A stretch of 64,000 nt of DNA, from NCBI RefSeq assembly GCF_009914755.1, contig NC_060929.1. One strand, given 5' to 3'. The notes beneath the pieces were generated by a model that was not told the origin of the DNA, did no database searches, and saw only the letters and a list, made by a program, of their open reading frames with translations. Below, in pieces: positions 12,299 through 25,547 of the stretch. This DNA is from the human T2T-CHM13v2.0 reference genome, Homo sapiens. A program made the position numbers and the translations under genes. Numbering within the stretch: the stretch's first letter is position 1; every line of letters begins with the position of its first letter.

Positions 12299-15200
12299 CT
12301 GTGAAGGCGAGAGGCACACCGGTCAGGGTGGCTGGGGACAGCACATGTCCCCTTTCCAGGTACACTCTAGTCCCCTGGAAGGCCCCAGGCCTGCCTGCAG
12401 ATGCCACTGTCTGTAGCTGCAGGGCCCTCCGGGTCCAGGTGATGCACTCCGCTGGAGCAGTTTGATCCCTGAAAAGAAAGGCTTGGCTTTGCACAATTTA
12501 TACCATGACATCAATTTTACTTAAGTGCCTTGCCATTATGCCACATGATGAAAAAGGAAATGGGATTTCTTGGCCACATTCTATACACTTGTTTAATAAT
12601 TGCATTTTCATACACTTGAGACTGGGGCTGATAAACTTACCAAAGGCTTCATAAAAGAAAAACAGCTATGACACCCTCCCCTAAAAAGATGATGTAAAGG
12701 CAGATACCTAGATTCTCTGATGAAAGCAGTGTCTCTATTTTAGATTCTTTATCTGTGAGAGGCAAGAACAGCTTACAGGAGTCAGTACAGTGTATAGTCA
12801 GGTTGCAGTAAGAGGCCCTCTGAGCACTTCTAGTCCACCAGATGGGCCAATCTTTAGAGAAGAGAGAGAGAGGTGTTTTTTCCTTCCTTGCTCCCAATCC
12901 CCATCCAGTCACCCAGTCCAGAGGAAAACCCTCCTCTACACCTCTTGTGGGGCTCTTTCTCTCCACCTCCAGTGATGGGATCCTGGTCATCACTATTTTA
13001 ATCAAGTGGTCACAAATGTCTCCTGAAAAGGTCTCCCTACCAGAGCCCCCTCTCCTCTAATCCACCCTCTACCCCATGGGTGGGGCAATCTGGGTACACA
13101 CCCACCTGAACATGCCCCGGCCCTGGCCTGAAAGCTTTCTGTGGCTGCCACAATTCTCATGATAGAACCAGGACTCTTGGCCTGCCATGTAATGCCCTAG
13201 AAATCTAGGCCTGGCACACATGTCCAGCTTTGCCTTGGGCCACCTGTGGTCTAAACTAGCAAACAGGGAGCCACACAAGGTTCCCCCCAAATACCCTTCC
13301 ACTTCTTTTCTCCCTGCCTGGGCAGTAGCTGTTCCCTTTGGCTGGGACCTCCATTATCTCTCACACTTGCCTCTGCCTTCTGCCAGCCCTCCCAAATGTT
13401 GAGATCTGGCTGTTTCATCCTCAGGGCCCCATGTGCTGCACACCACAGCATTGATGCACGTGTGCCCATTCTCCCATCAGACTGCAGGTGGGTGGAGGGG
13501 TGCCCCTAACTGTATTCCTACTGTAGCACCATCCAAGGTCTCGAATGTTTACTTGGAGCATCCTGTTCATTTATGCATTCACTTCAGGTATTATGCTGGG
13601 CAGATGTGGTCCCTGTGGAACTGGTGGGGAAAAAGACAATAAATAACCCCCTAGTCATTTAAAAGATAAACGTAATGCATGCTTCAAAGGGCCAGTGCAG
13701 GGTGCTGGGAGAGGGGATATGAGGGGCCTTGGCCTGTTCTGGGGCCCCCTAAAGTCTTCCCTATGAACATGTTTGCTCACTGAACCAACTGGGCAGGTCT
13801 CCCATGTACTGATAAACTGACGTCACACTCCATGGTGTTTGGGGCCTTCCAGCACCAGCAGTCAATGCTGTGACCACTGGAGGCCACAGGGATAGGAGTC
13901 CCTGTTACTCTGATGCTCAACCTATACTAGGGACATTGTCAGGACATGCCACGGTCCACACTTAACACCTCTCTAATCCCAGGTGCATCTCAAATCATCT
14001 GGGATGAGCCACAGAGATGGCTGTGAGGACAGAAAACAGAATTCTGGGCACTCTGGGGCTACTGTGTAGACAGGCCCAACAGAGGTAAGATGGCAGAGGC
14101 CCTGGCTCTGGAGTGATGTTAGAAGAGTAAAGGCCTCTGTCATGAGCGCCCTGTCAAGGAGCACCCAGTCTTAACTGCTCACTGAGGGCTAGAGAGACCC
14201 AGAAGGGTCTGGGTTTTTCCAAAACAATTAGTTGGATCCCTTCCTTGCTGCAATGAACTCCATTTTAAAACATTCCTTGCAAAAAGGTGCCTGTGCTCAC
14301 TCTGAGCAGGAAATGATATGTGTATATGTATGTGTGCCTGTGTTTTCAGGCAAGGCTGTCATTGGGTTTCCTAGCAGTCTTTTGCTTTACTACAAATGTG
14401 TTTCACAGACCAACAACCTGATGCCTTTGGACTGAGCTTTTAAATCGGAATGTCTCCCCCTTTCAGCAGGGGAGGCCTGTGGTCAGTGATGATTAACAGC
14501 AGCTCAGCCCTTTTCCTACTAGAGCACAGACTTCAGCTTTGTTTCCCAGCTGACCTGCTGGGCATGTCTGGGGCTGCCTATGTGGGAACTGGACAGTGGT
14601 CTCCTCCAGAAAGGATCCGTTAGCACTCAGAGACCTGGCAGGTCCTAGACACGCTGACTCCTTAAAAGTGGTGCTCCTTGTCTTTCCCTCCTCTGACTCT
14701 AGCTGAGTCTTTACATCAACATGCCAGTGACTCCCAGGTCTCTATGCCAGTGCAACACCTGGCCGCTGAGCCTCAGAGCTCTGTTCTGACTGCTGATGGC
14801 AAGGGCCCACTTACAAGTCCCATGGGTGCCTTGAACTCCTCTGGGTCTCTCAGCCTCATCAGTGGCAATGTCATGCACCAAACTAGCCAAACAGCAGTGA
14901 ACCTGGCCCAGACTTCTCTGTCCACCCCACAGCACCCAAGCATTAGCCAAGCTCTGCTGAACCGCCTGCAGAACCTCTCAGGCCTCTTCTCATCACCCTC
15001 CCTGCGTTGGTTCAGCCTCTTTACTTCTGACCTATTCTCAACCGCACCAGTCTTCATCCATGGACACCAGAAGCAGCTCTGCCTACTCTGATGATTCCCT
15101 GTCAGCCTGAGCTTCTGAGCTAGCCACAAACAGCATACTTCAGCTACTTTTGGTGGCACTGCTTCCTGTCACCCCAGCCCTGGCTCACATGCCTCAGGCC

Positions 15201-15924
15201 ACCCCTGACTTCTTGAGCCTGTCACACTGTGTTAAGGATGTCTCTGAACACGCAGTTCTCCTGCCTGGAATGCCCTTTGTCCTCTTGTCAACTTGCTGAA
15301 CTGACACTCACAGCCTCCCTCTGCCATGGAGGCTTTGTGGACATGACCACAGCCTGGAATTGCTCACTGCTCCATGTTCCCATAGTATATATATCCCAGC
15401 ACATGCCTCTCCAACTTGACTGAACTGCAAGCCATTCGATGTGAAGCACTGTAGTCAACTCATCCCAAGAAAGGTCTGAAATATCACAGCTCCTCCAGTG
15501 CCACCCTGCTGGCAGAAGAACATCTTCACTTCTCATTCTGAGTCAGGCTCCTGTCCAATAAAGCGGCCTCAAGTCTGTCTCCCCACCAATGGGGTTGTCT
15601 TGCAGAGATTCTGTACTTTATCCCTCCCCATGTTCTTCCTGCACTTCTAACTATAGTTCCCCAAGCTGCAGCCACAGCTATGAAAGAATTCTGACTAAGC
15701 CATGAAGCCTTATGACATCCAGCAATGTGTGGTGGTTTTCAAAACACCCTTTTGAAAACCAACTCATAGTTGTGCAGTCTCCAGATAAACCCATGAATGT
15801 GCCAGGTCCATCCTGCTCTTCAGAGGTTTATGCAGGTGTGGGTAGCTCCAGTCAGGCACCCATGACAAGGGGGAGAGTGACTGTGAGGCCAATGGCAATT
15901 AAGCATTATAATTAAAAACTAGAA

Positions 15925-16140
15925 GTCCAAAGCCAGACTGACCTGATTATAACCATGGCTCTGCCGCTTACTGGCTGTGCATTTTTGAGCAAGTGATTTA
16001 ACCCCTCTGAACCTATTTTCTTATCTTTCAAGTGGAGATGATGCTAGTAAGGGCCTCAAAGAGTTGGTGGCAGAAGTGAATCAAAGCATCCATGTAAGGG
16101 CCTGATACTCACTCACTGGGCAAGTTCTCAGTAGTTAACA
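15925..16140 (+). mobile_element. MIR SINE
   Basis: ggctctgccgcttactggctgtgcatttttgagcaagtgatttaacccctctgaacctattttcttatct. Confidence 0.75.
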
Positions 16141-16214
16141 AAAACAATAATGTGAATAAGATGAAAAAAGGCCATCTTCTTGCAGAACAGATCTTGGACA
16201 TTTGCGCTGAAGAC

Positions 16215-16583
16215 ATTGCTAGCTGCTGTAACAGATAAGTCTCTACAACTTATTTCTCACTCCCGAAAAATCCAAAATGGGTTTCCATGATTGGCTGGTG
16301 TTTCTTGTCCACATAGTGATTCATGGATCCAGATGCCTCCCATCTTGTTACTCTCACATCTTCAATACATGATTCCCAGGGTTGCCATGGAAAGAAAAAG
16401 ACCATGGATAATAACCTATGAGGGTTTTAAGGGGCCAGGCCTGCAAATGGGGCACATCACTTCTGACCATGATCCATCAACTAGAACTTAGTCACATGCC
16501 CACAACTAATTGCAAGAGAGGTTGGGAAATGTACTCTGGCTATTTACTCAGAAGAAAAGAGGAAACAGCCAGTCTCTGTCACA
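16215..16583 (-). mobile_element. MaLR LTR (MLT1K/J-like)
   Basis: ggccaggcctg...catcacttctgacc...agaacttagtcacatgcccaca...tgcaagagaggttgggaaatgta...agtctctgtcaca. Confidence 0.7.
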
Positions 16584-19519
16584 TGATAAACCAATCTGAA
16601 CGCTGACCCTAACCCCAGAATGAGTTACCACCCAAAACCTGTTGGGCCCTGTTTGACCCATGTTCTGCATCCAGCCTTGTTTGAGAAACAGACAGCCCTA
16701 CATCATAGACAAAGCAGCTTCCTAAGCACTCATCACCTCTGCAGGGCAGTGAAGCTGGTCACAGGAGAACAGCTATACTATCTGGTCAAACTTGACAAAG
16801 ATGTGTTCTTCCTTCCTTCAGTAAACCAGGAGGCTTCACTCATGGCTCTGCATGCTTTGAAAACAATGATAGGTCCTCAGGCAACTGTGTCTGTTCATCA
16901 TTGCACATTAGCTTGACTGCCCTTTTGGCTGTTATTGGCCTAGAAAATGAAGGTTCTGTGATTGATCTTGAAGGGATCTCTGTGGTCTTTATTTCTGCAA
17001 CTCTTCCAATTATAAATCACAATAAACATTAACTTTGTTTATAAAACCTCAAAGCTTACCCAAAGACAAACTTTTATAGAGGAGCTGGATGGAGAGATGA
17101 GTCAGGCTACAGTGAGAAGCAACAGAGTCTGACCACAGGCCCCTCAGCAATCGAGATGCGACTGGAGCAACGCAGTCAGTTCTTTTAGCACAGGACTAAT
17201 TAGAAGGCTGGCTATGTAGACCCCATGAATAAGGTGGACATGAGAACAACAAGCTGTGTACTACTAGGAGGGGCAGTAGGGGCAAAGAACCAAAGTGCCA
17301 TGGAGGCCCTGCCACACCCTCCTATCCCTTCCCAGCAGGCATCCTAACAGGCTGCTCCCTGCACTGCAAACCACCTTCATTCCCACTGGCACCTTCAGCA
17401 CACCCAGCATGCTCAGTCTGAACATCTCTCTAGCCCTTTGTCTGGAGTAATCCTGCCTACTGGTCCCAATACCTTCCCTGGCAATGATCCATCAATGTGC
17501 TCCCTCTTCTGCATTCCTGCCATGGCCATGCCTTCTGTCAGTCACAGTCTAGTTTGGGGCAGCTGCATGTCCAGACTCCAACCTTGTGCACAGGCCCTGT
17601 TGACCTCCAACACATCTCTCTATTTGCAACAACCAGAGATCCACCGGGATGAATTTCTCCCTCCCAGTTCCCTCAATGGATGTGGCAGCTGCAGACCCAG
17701 GGCCCAGCTAAAAGTGCCTCACAATCTCCCTCAGGCTGCCCCTATTCTTTAATATACTCAATTATTTTTCTTAGTCTTATATACAGTACTCTGCAAATGC
17801 AGTTTCCAGCCCTTCCTTCCATCATGATTGCCAGTCACTCTAGATCCCATTTACATATAAGTTCTGAAACCAGCTATCCCATTCTTAGCACTCAGTGCAT
17901 GGTATCATCATTGCCTATTTACCTGTCTGTCTTGATGAAACGAACCAATTTGCTCTACTCACCACTGTATCTCCAAGCACCCACCACCCTGCCTGGCACC
18001 CGGTAGACATGCACATGCCAGCTACAAGGTAGCTGATTAGTTGGCACTGACAGTGGATAGGGAGAAAGGAGAGGGCAGCATTTCCAAAGCCCACAGGACT
18101 GGGAGCTATGGCTAGTGGGACACCAATCAGAGACCTTCTCTTGGACATTCATGTACATACACCTGGCAAAATCCCTATAGGAGCCCAGACACTCAAAATT
18201 CAGGGAGCTTGTAGAGCTACCTTGGGGATTCTCAGGAAAGGAACACTCCAATTGCCCTGATAGCTGGGCATAAGGCACACTGAGGCCTTATGACTCTGTG
18301 ACAGTTCTATGGTTCCAGTGACCTCTCCTCCTGCCTCTGGCTCAGTACCATAGACTGCAGGAAAATACTTAACCTTCCTCACATCTATAAGAGATTGACT
18401 CCTGTTTAAGCTACAGCACAGAAACCCCTTAAACAATCAGGGCACTCATGAAACCGCTGGAATAGTCAATCATGAAGTATTTTATTATCTAAGCAATGAA
18501 TACATGCCTATTGATCCCATGCAATATTGATTAGAACTGCTGGGGAGTTGCTAGTCAAAGAGCCCTATCTCCAGCCCCTGAGGATAGAGGAGTCTGAGCT
18601 ATCAGTGCTCAAATAACTGCTGATGAGGAAGAACCACGCCATCCATTCTGGCAGCTGGATAAATGCCCGCATATCCACATGCATTTGTCACCTTCCCATC
18701 AACTCCAATCACAAAGGCCAACCTGAGAAACTTAATTCTGAAGGACAAGACACTAATCCTGTTTACAGCATTCTCTTCCCTCTTCCGTTTACTCCTATCA
18801 CACCAAATGATTAACGGTGTCACCCGCTGTCATGTCCCCAGAGGCATGTGGATATACTAGACAACCATTGCTCACAGAGCTGGGGTTCACAAGCTGCACT
18901 CTGATTGGCTTGGATCAGAGACCTGTTCTAGTATTCTAGCCAATCAGGAAAAATATCTCTCTCCATTCATAAAACACCATATCAAAAAGTGAGCCAGATG
19001 ATTAAAGAACCTACAGTCCACTCTCAGTGAACTAGGGGACTGCAAACAGAAGAGACAGACCAACTGAGATAGTAAATAAATCATAAACCATGCATTTTGT
19101 TCCAGCAGATGTGTCTTACTCCTGTTATGTTTTCAGTGGCAGGAAGAAACAAAACACAAACACAAATGTCATTTACCACAAGCAAGAAACAGTTTTGGGG
19201 AAGCTAGTCTGGGATTGAAATTTCACCTCTGCAAACCCATTCGGTGATGCGCTTCCCGAGATGCACTGAAGGAACTGTGCAGCTTGCTACATTTTAACAG
19301 CAAGTTACTGCCTGCCTGCTTTACAAAAAAACTTTTCTACATACTCCTCTCTCTTTTAAAGGTTGTGCCAAACTCTTAAGATAACCAGTCTCACGGAAGG
19401 CTATTTAGAGAAAAGTTAAAGTGTGGGCTTCACAGGACAGGACTCTGATAAGGCTTAGCATGTAGAATCCACTCATTATTTGCCGAGTAGACGTGTTCCC
19501 AATAAGAATAAAAAGAACA

Positions 19520-19985
19520 CCTGATCCTGTCTCTCTCCTGCTCAAAACCCTTCAGTTGCTCTTAGGATAAAGTGTGGGTCTGACCAGAATCCTTTGTGAT
19601 TTGTCCTGTTTGTCCCTCCCTGAAGCCTCACCTGACTCCGCACCAGGACTCAGCCATCCCGAGCCTCTGGCAGTTCCCCACATGACCTCTGTTCTTTTCT
19701 TCTAAGATGCACACATGGGGTTCCCCAGGCCTCAAACACTTGTCCCCATCTGCCCTCCTTTGCCCAGCCATCTCCTGCTTGACCTTTCCAAGCCAGATAA
19801 GGGCTCACTCCTGGCTAGGTTACTGTACCTGCTGGGGGGCTACGTGGGGCCTTTTGCACTGATTTTACAACAGCTACTTGCCTGCCTTCTCCCAAAGTCA
19901 GCTCCCCCAAGGTAGGGGCTAGGCATTTCTTAATCACGGCTGTGTCCCCAGTGCCTGAACAGGAGCTGATTCTCAGGAAATCTTT
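19520..19985 (+). mobile_element. L2 3' fragment
   Basis: ctcctgctcaaaacccttcagt...; ends gtgtccccagtgcctgaacag. Confidence 0.55.
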
Positions 19986-22233
19986 ATGGAAAGACTCTGA
20001 GACACTGACCTGACAGGTTTGGTCCAAGCAAACAAGCTATACAACTCTTTGGAATGAAGAGTTGACTCACTCAGGCTCACTTGTAAGCACTGAGGCAGGG
20101 CCCAAAAGACCTCTAAACCTACAGAATATGGGAAGGACCCACAGAGATCTGGGCCCCAATCACTCCTGCCCCTTCCCAGCCCATGTTCTAGGAATGGGGC
20201 TCTGAAAAGGCTGTCACAAATCCTTGGGGACACTCAAATAAAACCAGAGGCTGTTGCAGTTCTGATGAACAACACATATAGAGTCTTGTTGGGTTCTTCG
20301 GCTTGAGGTTTTCAGTTTATGCTTTTATTTAAATAAATCTCCTTTAGGTGACTTGGGGCCGCATTAGCTCTGAAGGCAGGTCCCAGAACACATGCCCTCT
20401 GAGCTTCTCAGTGGGGAAGGAATGCGAGGCGCTCCTCAAGTTCGCCTCTCTCAGGGACCAGAAGAAACATCAGATGGAGATGTGTCACTCCCTGACACTG
20501 GCCCATTTGGTAAAAACTAAACCAGTGGCATGGTTGTATACTAGAATGTCACATGTGAAGTTCCAGACAATTCTTAAAGTTTAATAAAATGTGAGTTAAA
20601 TTATGCCTCCTTCTAAAGGCCTGCCTCAAACAATTTTCATTTAGACAACCCTCTTAATGCCTTATCTAGGGATCAGCATTAACAATGGTGACAGATCGAA
20701 GCCAAAGAACAGACTGGAAAGATTTCTCTCTCCTTGTAAAACTAGAAGGGGGAAGAATTTGAAGTCTTTCAAGAGTTTTGTTGTGTTTAAGAAAAAATAA
20801 GTTTGAAAACATACTCATCCTCATCAGAGAGTCTCTTGTGCAAGACTGAGATGCTGCTGCCCAACTCTAGTTAAATGTGTACAATGGGTATTAATTCCAG
20901 TTGCAGGCAAGAGGTGTCCATTTCAGAGTTAACACCTCTGACAACAGGCTAGTAGCCTAAAGGTGGCCTGCAGTAGGTGAATTCCACCTAATTTACAACT
21001 CGAGTCTCCCATTCAAACCTAAGACTGTTAAAAAATGCCCGACTCCCTGGAGCAGGGAGCTTTGGAACAAAACACTTCCCTTACCCCCTACTTTAACGGT
21101 AAAACCTCAAACCACAAAGGTGGAAGAAAAGAGGGAAGCTAGCAGGAGTGCCCCCTCTAATTGTCTATTCTTATGTGCTGTTTACTGGGTCATTAAAATC
21201 TTACAAGGCCTTTATAGTCATTGTAATTGTTGAATTCAAGGTTTGTCCCAGTTGTTTGTACAGAAGTCTCTCACTTTGAAACTCAGAAACATTTCCCCTA
21301 ACATCTTGTCTAAAAGAACCTTTCAAGCAATGTACTGACCAACTCCTTGAGTGATCTGTGGCCCCTGCAGGAGTGGGGGTAGGGAGCGCCATGTCGCACA
21401 CCTGTTGTCAGGTGACACTGCCAGCAGCATCCTGCACACTCACCTCCCCACTCCACCCCACCCCCAGCGAGGCTCTTTCCTGCTGGCCTTCTCCACCCGG
21501 GGAAGCCTACAGCCTTCCGGAGTTACCTTTTAAAAAAAGCAAACCCTTCCTACCACAAAGCAAACAAAAGGCTGATACCGAGACAATCGGGAGCAGCGGG
21601 GGTTCCCGTGGCCCCTCTCCAGCCCATCCTTGGACCACTCCCCAACCCGGTCCCCCGCACCAGCCCGGCTTCAATCCCGCGAGTAGCCCCCGCCTTCCCC
21701 TCCCTGCAGATAGCGAGCCAGACGCCTACACCTCGGCCCCCCGGGGCTCGGGCCCGACTTATTGTGCCGGGGCCGGCAACTCGCGGGCCGGCGGGGGCCT
21801 CACCAAGTACAACTCTGCTCACAGCAGCTCCCGGGTGCCCAGGCCCAGACTGCCTAGCCAGCGCCGCGGGGCCTCCTGCGGCCTCGGGCCTGGCCCGTGA
21901 GCCCGCCCCAGGAAGGGTCGCCAGGGTAGGCGCCAGCACCGCTTTTTTCCCACAAAAGCGCCCAGGCGCGGGCAGGGGGATGCGTTTCGAAGAGAAGTTG
22001 GTTTCCAGGTTTCTTTTTTGAACAAAACCAAAGGGAATCCCGCGCGGCCCGACAAGGCCTGGGAGGACGTAGTGCACGCGCGAGGACCCGGCGTGGGCCA
22101 CACCGAACCCGGCGGCCCGAGCCCGGCCCGCACCACACCGGTGCGCGCCAGGCCGGGCCGCTCCCGGGCACCCGCGGCCGGACCCGAGCGGCGGGGACAG
22201 GGAGTGCGGCAAGGGGGCCCGCGCGGCACTTAC

Positions 22234-22410
22234 GCGGCGGCTCGGTGGCGGCGGCGGCAGCTGCAAGGTGTCTCGGCCTGAGCCCTCCTGGCCGCTCGCG
22301 CCTTTTCTCTCCGCGCTCCTCGCTGGCCCGCCCGCCTCTTCGCTTCCCGCCCGCGCGGCCCGCGCTCTCCCCCTCCGCCCGGCGCCGCTGCCGAGTGAAC
22401 TGGAACCAGT
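22234..22410 (-). other. MACROH2A1: Non-coding exon 1 (5'UTR)
   Basis: Perfect donor CGC|GTAAGT (GT at 22233-22232) inside the CpG island. GC-rich, ATG-free, with a (GCC)4 run. The 5' end (ACTGGTTCCAGTTCACTCGG) is placed from recall of the mRNA and is approximate. Confidence 0.8.
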
Positions 22411-22423
22411 CCTCGCGGCCGGC

Positions 22424-22441
22424 TTCCCACAATGCACAGCG
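22424..22441 (+). promoter_or_regulatory. ZNF143/STAF-binding-site-like motif just upstream of the TSS
   Basis: TTCCCACAATGCACAGCG matches the SBS consensus YWCCCRNMATSCMYYRCR at all but one position. Confidence 0.65.
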
Positions 22442-23469
22442 CGCCGCTCGTCACATCCCTTCGCGGCCCCGAGCGTCCGGCCTCCGCGCCCGTGCCGCCC
22501 GGCGCCCCGGCCTTGACCCCGGGCCCGCGCCCTACCCGTTGACGCCGGCCGCTCTGCGCCCAGGCACCAGCCCGCACCCCGGACGCGAGGTCTGACCCAT
22601 GACCCCGGGGACGCCCAGAGCCCAGTCCTTGGGAAGGGCCAGGCCCCTGGAGAGGAGCTTCTTCAGGGCGCGTCCCAGACTCTGCGTCTCGAGTGAACGC
22701 CTACTGTGTGCCTGGCTCTGAGCACGGGACTGTCGCTGCCACGGCATCTTTAGGAACCTTCCCACTAACCCAGTGGGAAGGCACAATGGCTGTTACCAGC
22801 GATCGCTCTTCCCTCCCCAGTCAATGCCAACTCCCCCCTGCCCCGCCTCAGAGACCCCGCTGTCTTTAGATACAGGCCACCGCCAAGCCCTGGTCTGCCC
22901 CAAGATCAATTACTGCGCACCCGGTTCCCCTGGGGTCCTTCAGTTAATCCTCCTCACCCCGAAGTCTGGAACCTGCCTTGCACATGGAAGCGGTTAGCTA
23001 CTTCGCTTCAGCAAAAGTTCACTTTCGGACCCAAGTTGGGAATTACTAATGTAGACAGTGATTCCTTATCATCACACACGTTTTTTAAAAACTGCGGACA
23101 GGCCGAAAGAGGAGGAGCCGCCACAAAGCCCGCCACGTCTTCCTAAATTGGTTTACCGCCTGAAGGCATTGGTGCCCCATCCCGGGTACTTAAATGGGGG
23201 CCTGCCCTCTACTCCCCTCCCTCCAAAGTGTGGAGCCGGAAGCCACTTCTCCATCCAGCTGTGAACTAAATTTGGATAATAATACACATCCCTCAGGGTT
23301 GATGTGAAGTTTAAAGTGCCGCTACTGGGGATTATGGAGGTAATTAGAGACCCCCACCCCCACCCCCCAGTCCTCAGGCTGCGCGGGAATCGCAGCGGCA
23401 GTAACCTCCACCTCACCGGGATGCTTTACACCTTACTTTAAGAGTTTGCAAAACAATGTCCAATACCTG

Positions 23470-23925
23470 CCATTCATGCATTCGTTAATTCGATTAAGTA
23501 CTGAGAACGTATTTTGTGTCATACATCGATTTGGGTGCTGGATATGAAACAGCCAAGAGAACAGGCAGAAATCTCTGCCCTCCTGTAGTTTGCAGTCTCG
23601 TGGGGGAAAGACAGACAAACGGGAGAATGTGTCAGAGGGTCTCCATGGGGTGGAGAAAAATAAGGCGGAGAAGGGGAATAGGAAGTGTGAGATAAGAGTG
23701 AGGCTCAAATACAAGAGAAGGCCTCTATGAGAAAGTAACATTTAAAGCCTGAAGAAATTGAGGGAGCAAGCCGTGTGGATGTCTGGGGAAGAACTGCGCC
23801 GAGCATGAGGAATAGCAAGTGCAAAGGCTGGGGTAGGAGTGTGTCCAAAATAGTCAAGACAGAGCGAGTGTGAGGTTGGAGTAGAATGGGTGAAGGGGAA
23901 AGTAACAGGAGATGAAGCTGGAAAA
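23470..23925 (-). mobile_element. L2 3' fragment
   Basis: cattcatgcattc...tactgag...gtgctggata...ctgccctcctgtagtttgcagtct...agcaagtgcaaaggc is the reverse of the L2 3' end. Confidence 0.75.
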
Positions 23926-25547
23926 ATGATGATGCTTATGATGCTTCTGGTCCCAAAACAAAGCATTATGGTTCTATGAGGATCTCCCGAAGAAAAGATG
24001 TCAGGAAAGGTGCAGAGACCCTCCCCCACACACCACATTGTTGTTCCATCCTTCTCTGTGCCTTTGGGCAAGGACTCTCCGTTCTGTAGGGACCACCAGG
24101 TGGAATTAAAGTCTACACTCCTCCAAGAGCTGATCTTGGGGCGGCCCCACCTCCATGCCCCTCTACAGCGTGCCATTCTCATAGAACACACTAGGACCTT
24201 TGTCCTCTGGAGCTGTTCAGTGCAGCAGCTCTGACCTCATCCTTCTCCAGAAGCCTCCACCTTCTCTCCCCTCTCTCCTCCTGCGCTTTGTGTGTCCTGT
24301 TCTTCCACTTCGGTGACCTGTCTCCTCCCCTAATCTGGCTCAGAGAGGGGTACCAGCTGCTGCTGCTGCTATTGCTTCTTCTTCTGTTAAAGGTTTTTTA
24401 TTTTTTTCCAATGACAAAGCTATGCTCATTCTGAAAACATGAAAAATAAAAATGCTCAAAAAATAAAACTCACTCTACATTCATTGCTAGGAGAGAACAG
24501 CCTGCTCCCATTCCAGCCTTTTTATCTATATCCACTTAACATTAAACATACAGAGTTTCTACTCTATTTAGTGATTGTCACCTGCACTTTAAACTTAATG
24601 GTTCTTTATGAGCATTTTACTGGGTAGTTGTTCTACAATAACATTACTGGAACTGTTTGGGTTTCCCTTGACCCTCTTAAAAATTACTGAGAACCCTGAA
24701 GAGCTTTTGTTTTATAGGTTACATCTATCAATATTTGCTTTATTAGAAATAAAAACTGAGAAAAAGTAAATATTTATTAATTTATTTTAAAAATGTTAAC
24801 ATGGAAAGAAATTATATTACATAAATAATGTATTTTAGAAAAATAATTATACTTTCCAAACAAAAATAATTAGTGGGAAGAGTGGCATTGTTTTACAGTT
24901 TTGCACGGCTCTTGAATGTCTGGTGTAATAGAAGATAGCTGGTTTCATGCCTCCTCCTGCATTCAGTCGGTCACTATATGTTGTTTTGTTTGAAGTATGT
25001 GAAGAAAATTCAGCCTTATGTAGATATGTATATGGGAAAGAATAGAGGATTTTAATCGCCTTTTCAGATAATTACAGATGTTCTTTTTTCATACCACACC
25101 AAAATGCAAGGAGTCGTTTCTTAAAGGTTAAGTGCAATGTAGAACCTGAAAAAAAAAATCAATAAACTTTTGAACTCAGTTAATACATTAAAATCCATTG
25201 GCCTATTTTATATCTTGACTGGGTCCTTTAGCTATGCATAATTTGGTAAAATCATACATTGATCATTTGGGAAATATCAGTTCACTGATTTATACGGATC
25301 TTACAAATGTAAACACATTTCATTGTACAATATTAGAAAATCACATCTATTAATAGCACCACTGATCTCATCTGAAGGTTTTTGAGTATTGGGAAGTTGT
25401 CAAGCTCTTGGTGGCAGATACGAGTTTCCCAAAATTGTAATTTCTGCTTGAAAGCTCAAGTTTATCACTGACAACATAATGTCACAGTGATTTTCCTAGA
25501 AATGACAGGTTCATTTCATTCATTTTCAAGAAAATGTCTACCACAAA

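Larger units (their letters stand above)
21570..22750. promoter_or_regulatory. CpG-island promoter of MACROH2A1
   Basis: Over 1 kb of very high GC and unsuppressed CpG against CpG-poor flanks. Contains GC boxes, a half-CRE CGTCA (22449-22453) and no obvious TATA box. Confidence 0.93.

Noticed and set aside
21358-22595. Long overlapping ORFs (up to 295 aa) on both strands of the CpG island
   Set aside because: Low-complexity Arg/Gly/Ala/Pro translations expected from stop-poor GC-rich DNA, with no recognisable domain.
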